64,000 nt of DNA from an uncultured bacterium (lineage in GTDB: Bacteria > Patescibacteriota > Minisyncoccia > Phycocordibacterales > PALSA-1337), in assembly GCA_963848635.1 (NCBI GenBank), contig CAWKEA010000005.1, positions 426,810 through 490,809 on the forward strand. Direction: 5' to 3'. Below the pieces are notes generated by a model that did no database searches, had not been told where the DNA came from, and worked only from the letters and a program-made list of their open reading frames with translations. The stretch's first letter is position 1, and each line of letters begins with the position of its first letter. Shown in pieces: positions 9,553 to 20,252 of this stretch. The position numbers and the translations under genes are program-made.

Positions 9553-11490
9553 TTATTTTTTTGGCTTGTCACCGCTGGGTTTTCCCCCCGAGTCACCCGA
9601 TGATTCCTGATTTTCCCTGAGCTCTTTTGCGGTTGCTTTTGCTTGGGCAGACTTATCGTCTTCCTTCTGAGCTTTTTTTGCTTCATCGATCTGTTTACCC
9701 AATTTTTCGTTGTACTCTTCCAAATTTTTTATCTGTTCTATCAAATCAGTTTTTTCTTTATCGCTTATGCCAGGCCTCTCGAGAGCAGTCTTGTATTCTT
9801 TTATTGCTTGTTCGTTTTCATTTTTTTCTTTTACATTATCGTCCTTGTACTCTTTCGCTTCGGTTTTTTTGTAGGCTTTTTCAAGATTATTTGCCGATCT
9901 TAAGTTTGCTCCTCCTGGCACATTAAATGGATTCTGCGCGATGCCGACATTTCTGCCGCCTGTCATATGGGCCAATATACTATTCGAACGCAAGCTCTGG
10001 ACAAACTGGCCTTGCTTTCTAAGAGCATCTCTTCGAGCTTTATCGTACTCTTCTTTTGTCGCATAATCTTCTCTATTTACCTTGCCTATTCGTTCGTAAA
10101 ATTCCTTTCGGGACTTATCTTGAGCACCTTGTTGTTTCTTTTGAGCTCCGACAAAACCTCCTTTAGATCCACCAAAGCTGGCTCCAGCTACAGCACCTGT
10201 AGCCTTATTGAATAGAAGTGCGGCGTTAGGATTATTTGCGGCAAAATTCGATTCGGCGAGCTTGTTTTGCAGAGCATATGCGCCTTGTCCGATGGTATTC
10301 CTACCTGCGCCCGACAAGGCTGACTTGCCCCAACCGCTCACTTTTTTTGTCGCCGCATTTGCCCAATCTTTGCCGAAGCTTGCAAAGGTCAGCGCCGCGA
10401 AGAGCGGTATCATGATGAGCATGATAGATATCGTGTATTGGATGACGGTGCCTACGGTGCCCGGCGTGATCATGAGAGAAGGAAGGGCTCCGAGACCGAG
10501 ATTGCTTGATCCATTTGCCGCGATATTTGCAGGATCGAGGACGCTTTTGAACGTCGGGTTTGTTATGACCTTCATAGCGACATACATAAAAAGCATATAT
10601 ACCGGCATTATCATGCACTGACCTACGAGAGCTTTCCACCAGCGGTCGGAGATCTCTGATTTGAATTTTGGAATGATCATGCCGATGAAATAGACCGGCG
10701 AGAATGCCATGAGAATGATGAGGAATCCTATGCGGACGATAAAGAGGATTGATGAGGCAAGGAAGCTCAATCCCGCGATTATCATGACTGCCGTACCGCC
10801 CACGCCTGCGGCTATGACCGATATAGGGCTTGTATTTGTCTGCGTTGTCGCTGTCGTGCCGGATGCTGATTGTAATGTGGCGGGCTGGTAGAATTTTTGC
10901 AGTTCAAGGGCATTCATGAATACATTCGATAATCCGCCGTCGTTCACCGCGGATGACAGATAGCCGCCATTATTGAATGAGACAGTCGTCCCGCTCGGAG
11001 TGATGGCTCGGTAAAACGCCAGAGAGACAAGGTTAGAAGCATCAACCGCTATTTTCGTAAAGAAAAGGCTAAAGTTGATGAGGATCCCGGCGACGGCGAC
11101 CATGACGATGAGATGTTGCACCTTGCTGTCCGTCTGTTGGATGATGATCTCGATCGAAGTGAACAAGAGAAAGAAGATGATGAGGATGCTCGAGAGGTCT
11201 CTGATGATGGACCAGGTCTGGTCGACTATGCCGCCTGTCGAACTGACGAGCGCGTTCATATTGAGGGTTAGGGTCATCGTCGCGTTCAGAAGGAATCCTG
11301 TCAGCTGGACGAACATGTTCGCGATGGGCATGATCAAATTATTGAAGAAAAATGCCAAGGCGCTGTCGATGACGCTGTCTGTGCTCGGCCAGAACGACCA
11401 CGCATGCGCCTCGTGCGGCATAAAGGCGAACCCGCCGACAACTATGAGTGTGGCTAGGACAGTGATGATATGTGTTCGGCGTGATTTCAT
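9553..11490 (-). CDS. VirB6/TrbL-like polytopic membrane protein with C-terminal K/E-rich coiled coil
   Basis: 645 aa with at least six hydrophobic TM segments across the first roughly 400 aa, then a charged tail (KEYKDDNVKEKNENEQAIKEYK...). Position and topology match VirB6/TcpH/PrgH-like proteins. Confidence 0.5.
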   Translation of the reverse strand: MKSRRTHIITVLATLIVVGGFAFMPHEAHAWSFWPSTDSVIDSALAFFFNNLIMPIANMFVQLTGFLLNATMTLTLNMNALVSSTGGIVDQTWSIIRDLSSILIIFFLLFTSIEIIIQQTDSKVQHLIVMVAVAGILINFSLFFTKIAVDASNLVSLAFYRAITPSGTTVSFNNGGYLSSAVNDGGLSNVFMNALELQKFYQPATLQSASGTTATTQTNTSPISVIAAGVGGTAVMIIAGLSFLASSILFIVRIGFLIILMAFSPVYFIGMIIPKFKSEISDRWWKALVGQCMIMPVYMLFMYVAMKVITNPTFKSVLDPANIAANGSSNLGLGALPSLMITPGTVGTVIQYTISIMLIMIPLFAALTFASFGKDWANAATKKVSGWGKSALSGAGRNTIGQGAYALQNKLAESNFAANNPNAALLFNKATGAVAGASFGGSKGGFVGAQKKQQGAQDKSRKEFYERIGKVNREDYATKEEYDKARRDALRKQGQFVQSLRSNSILAHMTGGRNVGIAQNPFNVPGGANLRSANNLEKAYKKTEAKEYKDDNVKEKNENEQAIKEYKTALERPGISDKEKTDLIEQIKNLEEYNEKLGKQIDEAKKAQKEDDKSAQAKATAKELRENQESSGDSGGKPSGDKPKK

Positions 11491-11498
11491 GGGTTAGT

Positions 11499-13121
11499 TT
11501 AGTAGCTGTAGTTGTTTTGCCCAGCATTTGATCCTTCACTCTTCTGGCTGTAGAGCTGGCATTGATTTTGGTATTGGGTGGCGGCGGCCTGGAAAGCCGT
11601 GACTTCTGACTGAACCTCGTTGTTTTCGGCCTGAGCATCGCTCACTGCGCTCGGGCTCACAAAGTCGCCTCCGCCGGCGAGCGTGTTGTAGTCGACAGAT
11701 TGGCCGTTGCCATATGTCGTGCTAGCCAATGTCCCATTCGTGGCATTTGTCTGGCTTGTCGTGATGAAATCCTGTATGTTCTGGTATGCAAGCGTGGCGC
11801 TGGCATCCTCTAATTCAAGATTTGACAAGAGAGGCTGGATTTTTTGGGTGATGTCATTTCCGATCTGGTCAACGACCGGCGTATCATCGACGCTCTGACA
11901 ATATGACAGTGCGGAGGCATAGCTACTCGAAGCTGTCAGGACCAGAGTGACCGATGATTGGATGTAGTTTTGTGCTTGTGTCGTATTGTCTAATGCGCCG
12001 CTTAAGCCAGTAGATATATTTTGCGCGGCCTGTTGCTGAACGGCGACATCGTTTGCCTCGGCCTGTTGCTCGATCTGTGTGATGTATGAATTAGAGCTTG
12101 CGCCGCTTGCCGAACTGCCGCTGACTGCCGCGAGGCCTTGAGTCAGCACTTGCTTTACCAACTGCGCAAAGAGCGCATTGACGATAGCATTGATGTTATC
12201 AGCGACGTCAAGCTGTTGGAGCGGGCTATTTGCCGCAAAATTGAGCTGTTGCGATATGAACGATCCCGGGGTCTGTGTCTGGCAATTTTCCCCAGCCCCT
12301 GTGCCAGGGTCGCTTCGATATGTCCCTACAGATCCTGCTGGTGCGCTTGGTATCAAACTGCCTCCAGTAGCAATATTTGGGGCAAGAATAGAATTCAATT
12401 GTGCTGTAGCTTGCTGGGTTTGTGCGGCACTAGCGGTCTGCGGCGAACAGCTTTGCCACGATAGAAATCCACCGCTTTGGTTGAGAAGGTTCTGGTTCAA
12501 GACCTTTTTGCCGTTTATCTGTATTGCCAAGTCTGCCTTGGATTGGACATATCCGCCATAAAAGCTGTTTTGCGGCTCTGCGAGGGTGGCAAATGATTGC
12601 CATCCCCCCTGACTAAAATCTCCGGCAGTGAAACCGTTTATTGTGGCCCCTTGTATGTTGCTTATGACTTTTGAAAGGGTGCAGGTGTATGGGTTATTGA
12701 GGTTTGCCTGATCAAGGGCAAGAGAAAGGCGTATATTCAAAGCTATCGGGGAGCACAGCGCCGACAGAGGACTGCCTGGACCGCCGATGAAATTGCCGGC
12801 AACGTTGTCTCCTATGCCAAGAAGAAATCCTTCGGGATCCTGCACGAACGATGGACTGCCCTGGAAGCCGCTATTTATCCAATTGACGATGCTCAGCGTC
12901 AATTGACGGGCCAATTGCTTGAGAAGGACGTTCTCGAGCGTGTTGAGAATGTAATTTTGAGTATAATTCGCGTAATGGTATGGAAAGTTCAATATATCGC
13001 TCGTTGGCACTGCCAGACCTGCCGCCTGAGCATCGGCGGTTTTGGGTGAAGATCCAGCAGAGACAGATACGACTGTGATTACGAGAAACACCGCGACGAT
13101 TTTTTTATGGATTGATTTCAT
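11499..13121 (-). CDS. Hypothetical secreted Q/A/S/N-rich protein
   Basis: 540 aa with signal peptide (IVAVFLVITVVSVSAGSSPKTADA). Confidence 0.45.
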   Translation of the reverse strand: MKSIHKKIVAVFLVITVVSVSAGSSPKTADAQAAGLAVPTSDILNFPYHYANYTQNYILNTLENVLLKQLARQLTLSIVNWINSGFQGSPSFVQDPEGFLLGIGDNVAGNFIGGPGSPLSALCSPIALNIRLSLALDQANLNNPYTCTLSKVISNIQGATINGFTAGDFSQGGWQSFATLAEPQNSFYGGYVQSKADLAIQINGKKVLNQNLLNQSGGFLSWQSCSPQTASAAQTQQATAQLNSILAPNIATGGSLIPSAPAGSVGTYRSDPGTGAGENCQTQTPGSFISQQLNFAANSPLQQLDVADNINAIVNALFAQLVKQVLTQGLAAVSGSSASGASSNSYITQIEQQAEANDVAVQQQAAQNISTGLSGALDNTTQAQNYIQSSVTLVLTASSSYASALSYCQSVDDTPVVDQIGNDITQKIQPLLSNLELEDASATLAYQNIQDFITTSQTNATNGTLASTTYGNGQSVDYNTLAGGGDFVSPSAVSDAQAENNEVQSEVTAFQAAATQYQNQCQLYSQKSEGSNAGQNNYSY

Positions 13122-13122
13122 T

Positions 13123-14052
13123 TTATTGATTTTGGGTACTTACATCAGAACTGCCGCCGATTGTTGTTGGGTCGATATAATTCTCCAATATTCTGCCGAC
13201 ATCAACCGATGTAAACTGGACATGTGAAGACTTGAGCACGTTACCTATTTCATCGATTGAAACGACAAGTCCCTGCAGACTTGCCTTGTCCTGGACGATC
13301 GCTTGGATGCCGCCTACAGCATCGGCATCGCTATGTCGGAGCAATTGTGCCGATGAGAGCATCATACTGACGCTATTGAGCAAGTCGATGTGCTCTTTTA
13401 TCATTGTTGGCGGGACGGATATTCCCAAGAGCGCTTGTATTATCGCCTGATAATTTGAAATTACAGGGTCTATCTGCGCGAGGATCGAAGGATCGCTCTG
13501 TTGTATCGCTTCTTGCGCTAATTGGACTTCACTGCCTTCATTTGAATCGTGTGATTGAAGGACTGTCGCAACATCGTTCGCATATATTCTGAGCGCATCA
13601 GGGGTGTTAGCGGCTGTGATAGAAATATCGGCGGCAGTGTATGTCTTTGGTTTGGTAAAGATCGTCTGATTCGCCAAGGTGTTCGATACCGCATTATCAA
13701 TGCTCGTCGGGTCTGTTGCCAAACCAGAAGATTCCAGTTGAGTGTATTGTGAAAACAATGCTTCGCCGAGCTTGTCGGTCGCTGTGAGCGACTGCGAATG
13801 TGCCGACACTGCGCCAGCGCTGAGCGAATTTTTTTGTGCCGAACCAGCCACTCCGGTGCCGACGAGGACTTTTTGCCAGTCGCTATCCGCTGTGGATGTC
13901 GTCGTATTTATCGGTGCTGATATGGACGGGGTTGAATAGCTCACAGGAGCCGTCGACAAAGCACCCCTGTATTCATTGAAAGCAAAAGCCGCTCCGACGA
14001 TGGCAACGCCCAAAATAATCATCCATATTGTTTTTTTGCTTGGGTAGTTCAC
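13123..14052 (-). CDS. Hypothetical membrane-anchored protein
   Basis: 309 aa with N-terminal TM (IWMIILGVAIVGAAFAF). First gene of the co-directional block. Confidence 0.45.
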   Translation of the reverse strand: MNYPSKKTIWMIILGVAIVGAAFAFNEYRGALSTAPVSYSTPSISAPINTTTSTADSDWQKVLVGTGVAGSAQKNSLSAGAVSAHSQSLTATDKLGEALFSQYTQLESSGLATDPTSIDNAVSNTLANQTIFTKPKTYTAADISITAANTPDALRIYANDVATVLQSHDSNEGSEVQLAQEAIQQSDPSILAQIDPVISNYQAIIQALLGISVPPTMIKEHIDLLNSVSMMLSSAQLLRHSDADAVGGIQAIVQDKASLQGLVVSIDEIGNVLKSSHVQFTSVDVGRILENYIDPTTIGGSSDVSTQNQ

Positions 14053-14087
14053 GGTAATACCAAGCCAATTGTATCAGAAATCAAAGC

Positions 14088-14996
14088 TCATTTTGTCTCT
14101 TCTGTGTGGAAAAGAGTGCTTTCTTCCGCTATCTCTTTCCATTGTGCGACAGTAAATGTCTCGGCCCGCGCATCGGTAGGCCAATTTTTGTCTTTCCAGA
14201 GCTTTTCCAAAGCCGCTCCCGGCATTATTTTAGTCAAATTGCTTTTTAAAATCTTGCGTTTATGGGCAAATCCGGCTCGGACTGCTCTGAAAAAATAATT
14301 TTCTATCTGAATATCGTCGGGCAGAGCATTTTTGATATTTTCGCTGGTCCCGATCGTTTTTTCTTTTTCTTTGAAGAGATTCTTATTTATGTTATTGATG
14401 AGAATTACGGCAGAATCGACCTTTGGCACCGGTCTGAAGGATCTTTTTGGCACGGTATGGATATATTTTGGCTCCCCATATGCCTTGACCGATATCGAGA
14501 GGATGCTTTCCTTGCCGTCTGCGGCAACTATCCTTTTTGCCACCTCTTTTTGGACAAGCAAGACCATACGCGACGGATAGCCATCTTCCCCTAGAAATTT
14601 ACGCAATATCTCGCCCGTGATGTAATATGGGATATTCGCTGCGACTATATAGTTCCCTTTTTCAAGGCCGAGGGTCGATGGGTCAACTGTCAAGATGTCA
14701 TCTTGAACAAGCCTAAGTTTTCCGGAATCAATATCTGCAGAAAAATGTTCTCTCATGTATTCGACAGCCCTCTCGTCTTTTTCCACTGCGATGACATGCG
14801 CGCCTGCTTCGAGAAGCCCGCGAGTCAAAATTCCCTTGCCGGGGCCGATTTCGAGCACATTCACTCCAGGTTCTATTTTTGCCGCATGTATCATTGTCCC
14901 GACTACATTGGGGGCGTGCAGAAAATGCTGTCCGAGCGATTTTTTGGCGATGAAATTTTTAGCAGGATTTGTGAGATGAGTCATTGTATATGTCAT
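14088..14996 (-). CDS. rsmA: 16S rRNA (adenine1518/1519-N6)-dimethyltransferase
   Basis: SLGQHFL motif and SAM-binding LEIGPGKGILT. At 302 aa it is about 30 aa longer at the C-terminus than typical KsgA. Confidence 0.8.
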   Translation of the reverse strand: MTYTMTHLTNPAKNFIAKKSLGQHFLHAPNVVGTMIHAAKIEPGVNVLEIGPGKGILTRGLLEAGAHVIAVEKDERAVEYMREHFSADIDSGKLRLVQDDILTVDPSTLGLEKGNYIVAANIPYYITGEILRKFLGEDGYPSRMVLLVQKEVAKRIVAADGKESILSISVKAYGEPKYIHTVPKRSFRPVPKVDSAVILINNINKNLFKEKEKTIGTSENIKNALPDDIQIENYFFRAVRAGFAHKRKILKSNLTKIMPGAALEKLWKDKNWPTDARAETFTVAQWKEIAEESTLFHTEETK

Positions 14997-15197
14997 AGTA
15001 GCATGTCATTCTCGCGAATACAGCGTTTTGTATTCTCATGGATATGGCCTCTATAGTGCTTTCGAAATACGGGATAAATGCGTGCTACGGAGTATTCGCT
15101 TGTTTGTTCCATCGTCGCTTGAACGCCATCTCCACCTGCTGTGGCCACGCCGCTTCTCGCTCGCCGCTATAAAAAACGATCGACGGCAGCGACAGAT

Positions 15198-17153
15198 TCA
15201 AAAATCCATGAAGATCATCTTTGCTCTGTTGGGCCTTTCTTCTTCAACGTCGCTTTTTTCTTCTATCAATCCGTCGCCTATATCGTCGATGAACTCTGAA
15301 GGCGAATTGATCCTCTGCGACCCGTAGACCGTCCGTATCTGCGACCAGCTCAAAAATATCTTTTTGCGCGCGCGCGTCAAGGCCACATAAAAAAGACGCC
15401 TCTCTTCTTCCTCTTCGCCCTGCGTCAGATCCTCCTTTCCCATGCGTTCATGGGGGAAAAGGTCTTGTTCAAGGCCGGCGATGAAGACGTAGTCGAATTC
15501 GAGGCCTTTTGACGCGTGGACGGTCATGAGCCTGACCGCATCCTTGTCTTCTTTTAATTCGTCCTGGTCGGTGGCCAATGCGGCATTTGACAGCAATGAT
15601 TCGACTGCTTCGCCGACCGGCAGATCGTCATACGTTCTTGCCACGCTTGCCAATTCCCTCATATTCTCGAGCTTTTCTTCTTCCTCGGCGTTCCTCCGTG
15701 CGGCTGATTCTATGCCTGTCCTTGTCAGGACGAATTTTACCAATTCGGAGGGCTTTTTCGAGAGAGCGACGTCACGGATCTCGTCGAGCATCGTCTGGAA
15801 TTCATGTATCTTTGCCGTCATCGCGCGCGTCAATCCCGTCTCGTCATGAGCCAGCACCTTCATCATGGTGGCTTTGCCGATGCCTCGTGGCGGGACATTT
15901 ATGATGCGCACCATGTCTGCGCTCGATTCGCGATTGAGGGAAGCGCGGATGAACGACAGCACGTCCTTGACCTCTTTTCTTTCAAAGAATCTGACGCCGA
16001 GGACCTGATACGGAACCTCCTTCTTTAAGAAAGACTCTTCAAGAACGCGCGATTGGAAATTCGCGCGATAGAGCACGGCGATTTCTTTTGGCTTCGCGCC
16101 GTCCTTTATAAGATCTCTGCAAACATCTGCGATATCGCGTGCCTCATCGGTTTCCGTATAACTCGCTGTCAGCCGTATCTTCTCCCCTTCCGCATTCTTT
16201 GTGAACAGATTTTTTTCCCTGCGCAAGGAGTTCTTTTGTATGACGTTATTCGCCGCCGCGAGGATATTCTTTGTCGAACGGTAGTTCTCTTCGAGGATTA
16301 TGACTTTCGCTTCGGGATAGTCTTTTTCAAAGTTCATGATGTTCTCTATCGTCGCTCCGCGCCAGCTATAGATATTCTGATCGATATCGCCTACGACGCA
16401 TATGTTTTTGTTCGATCCGACCAAAAGCCGGACGATCTCGTATTGTACGCCGTTCGTATCCTGATATTCATCGACATGGATATACGTCCATATTTTCCTA
16501 TAACGCTCTCGTACGTCGGCGTTGTTCTTGAGTATATCCATTGCCTTGAGGAGAAGATCGTCGAAATCGAGCGCTTTTTCGCGGGCAAGCGCCGCGTCAT
16601 AATGATTCCAGACATCGGAGATTATCTTTGTTCGATACTCATTTCCGCTCTTGTTCCTATATTCGATGGCAGAGAAACCATCACCTTTTGCTCTAGAGAT
16701 CGCTGATAGAATGCCTCCTGGATCGTTGCTTTCTTTGCTTAAGCCAAGTTTTTCGAGGGCGTCTTTTATGATTTTTTTTGAATCTGCCCGGTCATAAATC
16801 GTAAAATGCCTCGATAGGCCTACGAGCTGGGCATTTTCTCGGATAATGTGCACGCCAAGAGCGTGAAAAGTGCTGACGAAAGGGCGTTCTCTCATCGAAA
16901 TGGGCAGATTCAGATTGGTGTCTGTCTCCAAGAGACTATTAACGCGGTCCCGCATCTCCTTTGCAGCTTTATTCGTGAATGTAATGGCCAAAATATTGTG
17001 AGGGTTGATGCCGTTTTTTGTCAGATTGAGTATTCTATGAACGATAGTCTTTGTCTTTCCCGCGCCTGCCCCAGCCAAGATCAAGAGCGGCCCGTTCAAG
17101 GTTTCCACGGCCTCCTTTTGACGAGCATTGAGCGCATTCGCTGATGTGTCCAT
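15198..17153 (-). CDS. pcrA: ATP-dependent DNA helicase PcrA/UvrD
   Basis: LNxxQxxAV, then GPLLILAGAGAGKTKT Walker A; UvrD helicase motifs throughout. The ORF extends to 17231; start placed at internal Met (MDTSANALN). Confidence 0.8.
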   Translation of the reverse strand: MDTSANALNARQKEAVETLNGPLLILAGAGAGKTKTIVHRILNLTKNGINPHNILAITFTNKAAKEMRDRVNSLLETDTNLNLPISMRERPFVSTFHALGVHIIRENAQLVGLSRHFTIYDRADSKKIIKDALEKLGLSKESNDPGGILSAISRAKGDGFSAIEYRNKSGNEYRTKIISDVWNHYDAALAREKALDFDDLLLKAMDILKNNADVRERYRKIWTYIHVDEYQDTNGVQYEIVRLLVGSNKNICVVGDIDQNIYSWRGATIENIMNFEKDYPEAKVIILEENYRSTKNILAAANNVIQKNSLRREKNLFTKNAEGEKIRLTASYTETDEARDIADVCRDLIKDGAKPKEIAVLYRANFQSRVLEESFLKKEVPYQVLGVRFFERKEVKDVLSFIRASLNRESSADMVRIINVPPRGIGKATMMKVLAHDETGLTRAMTAKIHEFQTMLDEIRDVALSKKPSELVKFVLTRTGIESAARRNAEEEEKLENMRELASVARTYDDLPVGEAVESLLSNAALATDQDELKEDKDAVRLMTVHASKGLEFDYVFIAGLEQDLFPHERMGKEDLTQGEEEEERRLFYVALTRARKKIFLSWSQIRTVYGSQRINSPSEFIDDIGDGLIEEKSDVEEERPNRAKMIFMDF

Positions 17154-17388
17154 TCCGCAATGATACCAGATAGCCATGGATTGTCCTAGCTTATGATAGC
17201 TCTCAATAGAGCCATTTTTGACATAAGACAAACTTGTTGTATATTAAAATCACGGTACGGAAACAATTGACTCAATGTCAAAGATTTGTTAATCTATCTG
17301 AGATGCCCCTAAGGGGCATTATTCTCTCAAATCTACACCGCTTCTCGGATTGACCGCCATGACCGGACGCCAGCACGAACCATACGTT

Positions 17389-18531
17389 ATGAATCTAATT
17401 TCCTCACATAAAAATACACGGTACGGCCTATTTTTATCCTATGCCAAGGAAGCATTCATTGCCTTTGTGGTCATATTTCTGCCTATATTTTTTCCGGAGA
17501 CTGCCCATGCAAGTCTCCTTTCTTTTTTAAGCTCTTTTGTCGGACAGACTGTTTCGGCTGATCAAACTGTCGCTACGACCACGCAATACAACTCATTGAC
17601 CATTCCGTTGGGTGTTCCACCCGTGAATTCAATAATTGACATGTCTCCTGCCAATGATGAAACTTTGGCCATTGCGGATAATGCGCTCATGCCTTCCGTT
17701 GGACCGTCCGGCAGTGCAGCAGATATCGATAGTCAGCCGGAAAGCACGGCGATCAGCACTTATGTTGTGCGTCCTGGCGATACTCTTTCTGAGATCGCTC
17801 TTTTGTTTGACGTTTCAGTCAATACTATCGTGTGGGCCAATGATCTTGGCACCCATCCAGTCATACAGCCTGGAGAGACGCTTGTCATTCTGCCGGTTTC
17901 CGGCATCAATTATGCGATCAAAAAAGGCGATACTCTTGCTTCGATCATAAAGAGATACGGTGGCGATCAGAATGAGATACTGGAATATAATGGATTGTCC
18001 TCGGCTGGGGATCTTGTTGTCGGCGACAGCATACTCATTCCTGATGGCGAGCTTGGCGGCGCCAGCATCGGATCAGGCGTCCAATCAAACCCTCACACAG
18101 GTCTGGTTTCCGGAGAGATATATGAACCATATCTTGGCGGCGGCGGCCCCGCGGCTTCTGGACCATACGTCGGCGGATATTATGCCTGTCCTGTGCACGG
18201 TTCTTGGCTTTCCCAAGGTTTGCATGGTCACAATGCCGTTGATCTTGCTCTAGGCATCGGCAATCCTATCTACGCCTCAGCCGACGGCGTTGTTATCATT
18301 GCAAAGACAGGCGGTTGGAACGGGGGCTATGGAAGCTATGTCGTCATATCGCATCAAAATGGCACGGAAACGCTCTATGCTCACGCCGAAGAGATCTTTG
18401 TATCTGCTGGAGAGCATGTCGACGAGGGCGATGAGATAGCTAAAATCGGCGTGACGGGTGAAACCACTGGTCCACATCTTCATTTTGAAGTCCGTGGTGC
18501 GGCCAATCCATTTTTGACTGTTAAGTGTTAG
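17389..18531 (+). CDS. LysM-domain M23 family peptidase (cell wall hydrolase)
   Basis: Two LysM repeats (YVVRPGDTLSEIA..., YAIKKGDTLASII...) and M23 signature HNAVDLA...YAHAEE...GPHLHFEV. Signal peptide. Confidence 0.8.
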   Translation: MNLISSHKNTRYGLFLSYAKEAFIAFVVIFLPIFFPETAHASLLSFLSSFVGQTVSADQTVATTTQYNSLTIPLGVPPVNSIIDMSPANDETLAIADNALMPSVGPSGSAADIDSQPESTAISTYVVRPGDTLSEIALLFDVSVNTIVWANDLGTHPVIQPGETLVILPVSGINYAIKKGDTLASIIKRYGGDQNEILEYNGLSSAGDLVVGDSILIPDGELGGASIGSGVQSNPHTGLVSGEIYEPYLGGGGPAASGPYVGGYYACPVHGSWLSQGLHGHNAVDLALGIGNPIYASADGVVIIAKTGGWNGGYGSYVVISHQNGTETLYAHAEEIFVSAGEHVDEGDEIAKIGVTGETTGPHLHFEVRGAANPFLTVKC

Positions 18532-18577
18532 AAACCTCGCTTCACGCTTCCAAGGAAAGCGGCTCTCCTATGGAGCC

Positions 18578-20107
18578 TCATATCAATTTTTGCCTATACT
18601 GCAATGCTTCCAGAATGTGGGGCTTTTCGATATCTCCTTTTCCGCTCAAATCTGCGATCGTCCTGGAGATTTTTAATATCCGATGATAACCTCGACCGGA
18701 AAGAGCCAGCCGTTCTGCTGTTGCAGATAGAAAAGAGGACAATGCTGGCGAAAGCGAAATCGTCTGGTCCATCTCCGTGATGCCGAGCTCGCTGTTGCAT
18801 TTTGGATTCATCCCTGCTTTTTTACAGCGATCATATTGCAATGCTCTCGCTTTTTCGATCCTGCGGCGGATCGTTTCTGATGTCTCTCCGCGGCCTGCAT
18901 TCGTTCCGAATTTTTCATATTCGATCTTTGAAACGGCAGTCCAAACATCGATCCTGTCTATCAATGGCCCTGAGATCTTTCTTAAATATTGGCGCCGCAG
19001 TCCAAAACTGCATGTACATCGGCCGTCTCCATAGCCGCATGGGCACGGATTCATTGAAGCTACAAGGATGCAGTGCGCGGGAAAAGTGACCGAACCGCGC
19101 ATCCGCGATACGGTGATTTTCTTTTCCTCGAGAGGTTCGCGCAAGGCGTCGATGACGCTCGAATTGAATTCGGGAAATTCATCCAGAAACAGGACGCCGC
19201 GGTGAGCCAGAGTGATCTCACCGGGCCTTGGAAAGGCGCCACCACCGATGAGCGATGCATATGAAGCAGTGTGATGCGGAGCACGAAATGGCGGTTCAGT
19301 GATGACTGCACTGCCAAGCACTCTTGCTATCGAATGGATCGCTGTGACTTCCACGATCTCGTCTTCGGTGAGCGGAGGCAGAATGCCTCTCAAGGCTTTT
19401 GCCAGCATTGTTTTGCCTGTCCCTGGCGGCCCATAAAGGGCGATATTATGGCCTCCAGCGGCGGCGATCTCAAGTCCGCGTTTTGCCGACTCCTGCCCGC
19501 ATATGAACGACATATCTATCTCGATCTTTTGATCCCCTTTTTCAATTTTGGTCCTTGGAACCGGCATAAGCCCGTATCCTTCACGCTCCTCGAGATGTCC
19601 TATGATCTCTTCGAGTGTCGAAATTGCATAGACAGATATCTCTTTGGTAAGGCCTGCTTCGGCGGAGTTTTCCTTTGGGATAAAAATCTCTGAGAAACCC
19701 ATATAGGGCGCAGTTTTGATTATGGACAAGATACCGTGGACTTTTCTGACGGATCCGTCCAATGCAAGCTCGCCTAGAAACAGCTTTCCATCAGGATTGA
19801 AATCTATATCTCCACATGCCAGCAAATATGCCAAGGCCATGCCCAGATCGAAGGCTGGGCCCTCTTTTCTCATGTCGGCTGGAGCGAGCGATATAACGAG
19901 CTTTTGATTTTTATGCTTTGGCGACTGATATCCGCTGTTTTTAATCGCAGACGACACCCTGTCTTTTGACTCGTCGACTGCCTTGTCTCCAAGACCAACT
20001 ACGGAAAAAGAATGTAGGCCATTCGATGTGTCGACTTCTATCGTGACGATATGAGTCTCTAGACCCTGTATTTGGGCGCTGTATGTTTTGGCATGTGCCA
20101 TAGGCAC
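18578..20107 (-). CDS. comM: YifB/ComM family Mg-chelatase-like AAA ATPase
   Basis: LYGPPGTGKTMLA Walker A; Lon-like N-terminal domain; 509 aa. Confidence 0.8.
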   Translation of the reverse strand: MPMAHAKTYSAQIQGLETHIVTIEVDTSNGLHSFSVVGLGDKAVDESKDRVSSAIKNSGYQSPKHKNQKLVISLAPADMRKEGPAFDLGMALAYLLACGDIDFNPDGKLFLGELALDGSVRKVHGILSIIKTAPYMGFSEIFIPKENSAEAGLTKEISVYAISTLEEIIGHLEEREGYGLMPVPRTKIEKGDQKIEIDMSFICGQESAKRGLEIAAAGGHNIALYGPPGTGKTMLAKALRGILPPLTEDEIVEVTAIHSIARVLGSAVITEPPFRAPHHTASYASLIGGGAFPRPGEITLAHRGVLFLDEFPEFNSSVIDALREPLEEKKITVSRMRGSVTFPAHCILVASMNPCPCGYGDGRCTCSFGLRRQYLRKISGPLIDRIDVWTAVSKIEYEKFGTNAGRGETSETIRRRIEKARALQYDRCKKAGMNPKCNSELGITEMDQTISLSPALSSFLSATAERLALSGRGYHRILKISRTIADLSGKGDIEKPHILEALQYRQKLI

Positions 20108-20252
20108 AATTATAAAGGATCGTTATTAAGAAAAGTTAAAAAAAATATAAAGAAAATTTTAATAAATAAATCTTGGCGATGCGAGACATTGTATATTGAT
20201 ACTATACCAACAAGACATCTGAATATTTCAATTTTTAAATACTACTCTCTTT

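Noticed and set aside
15028-16706. Plus-strand ORFs 15028..15327, 15526..15849, 15578..15904, 16053..16706 and others
   Set aside because: All are antisense to the pcrA/uvrD helicase gene, which carries the complete helicase motif set.
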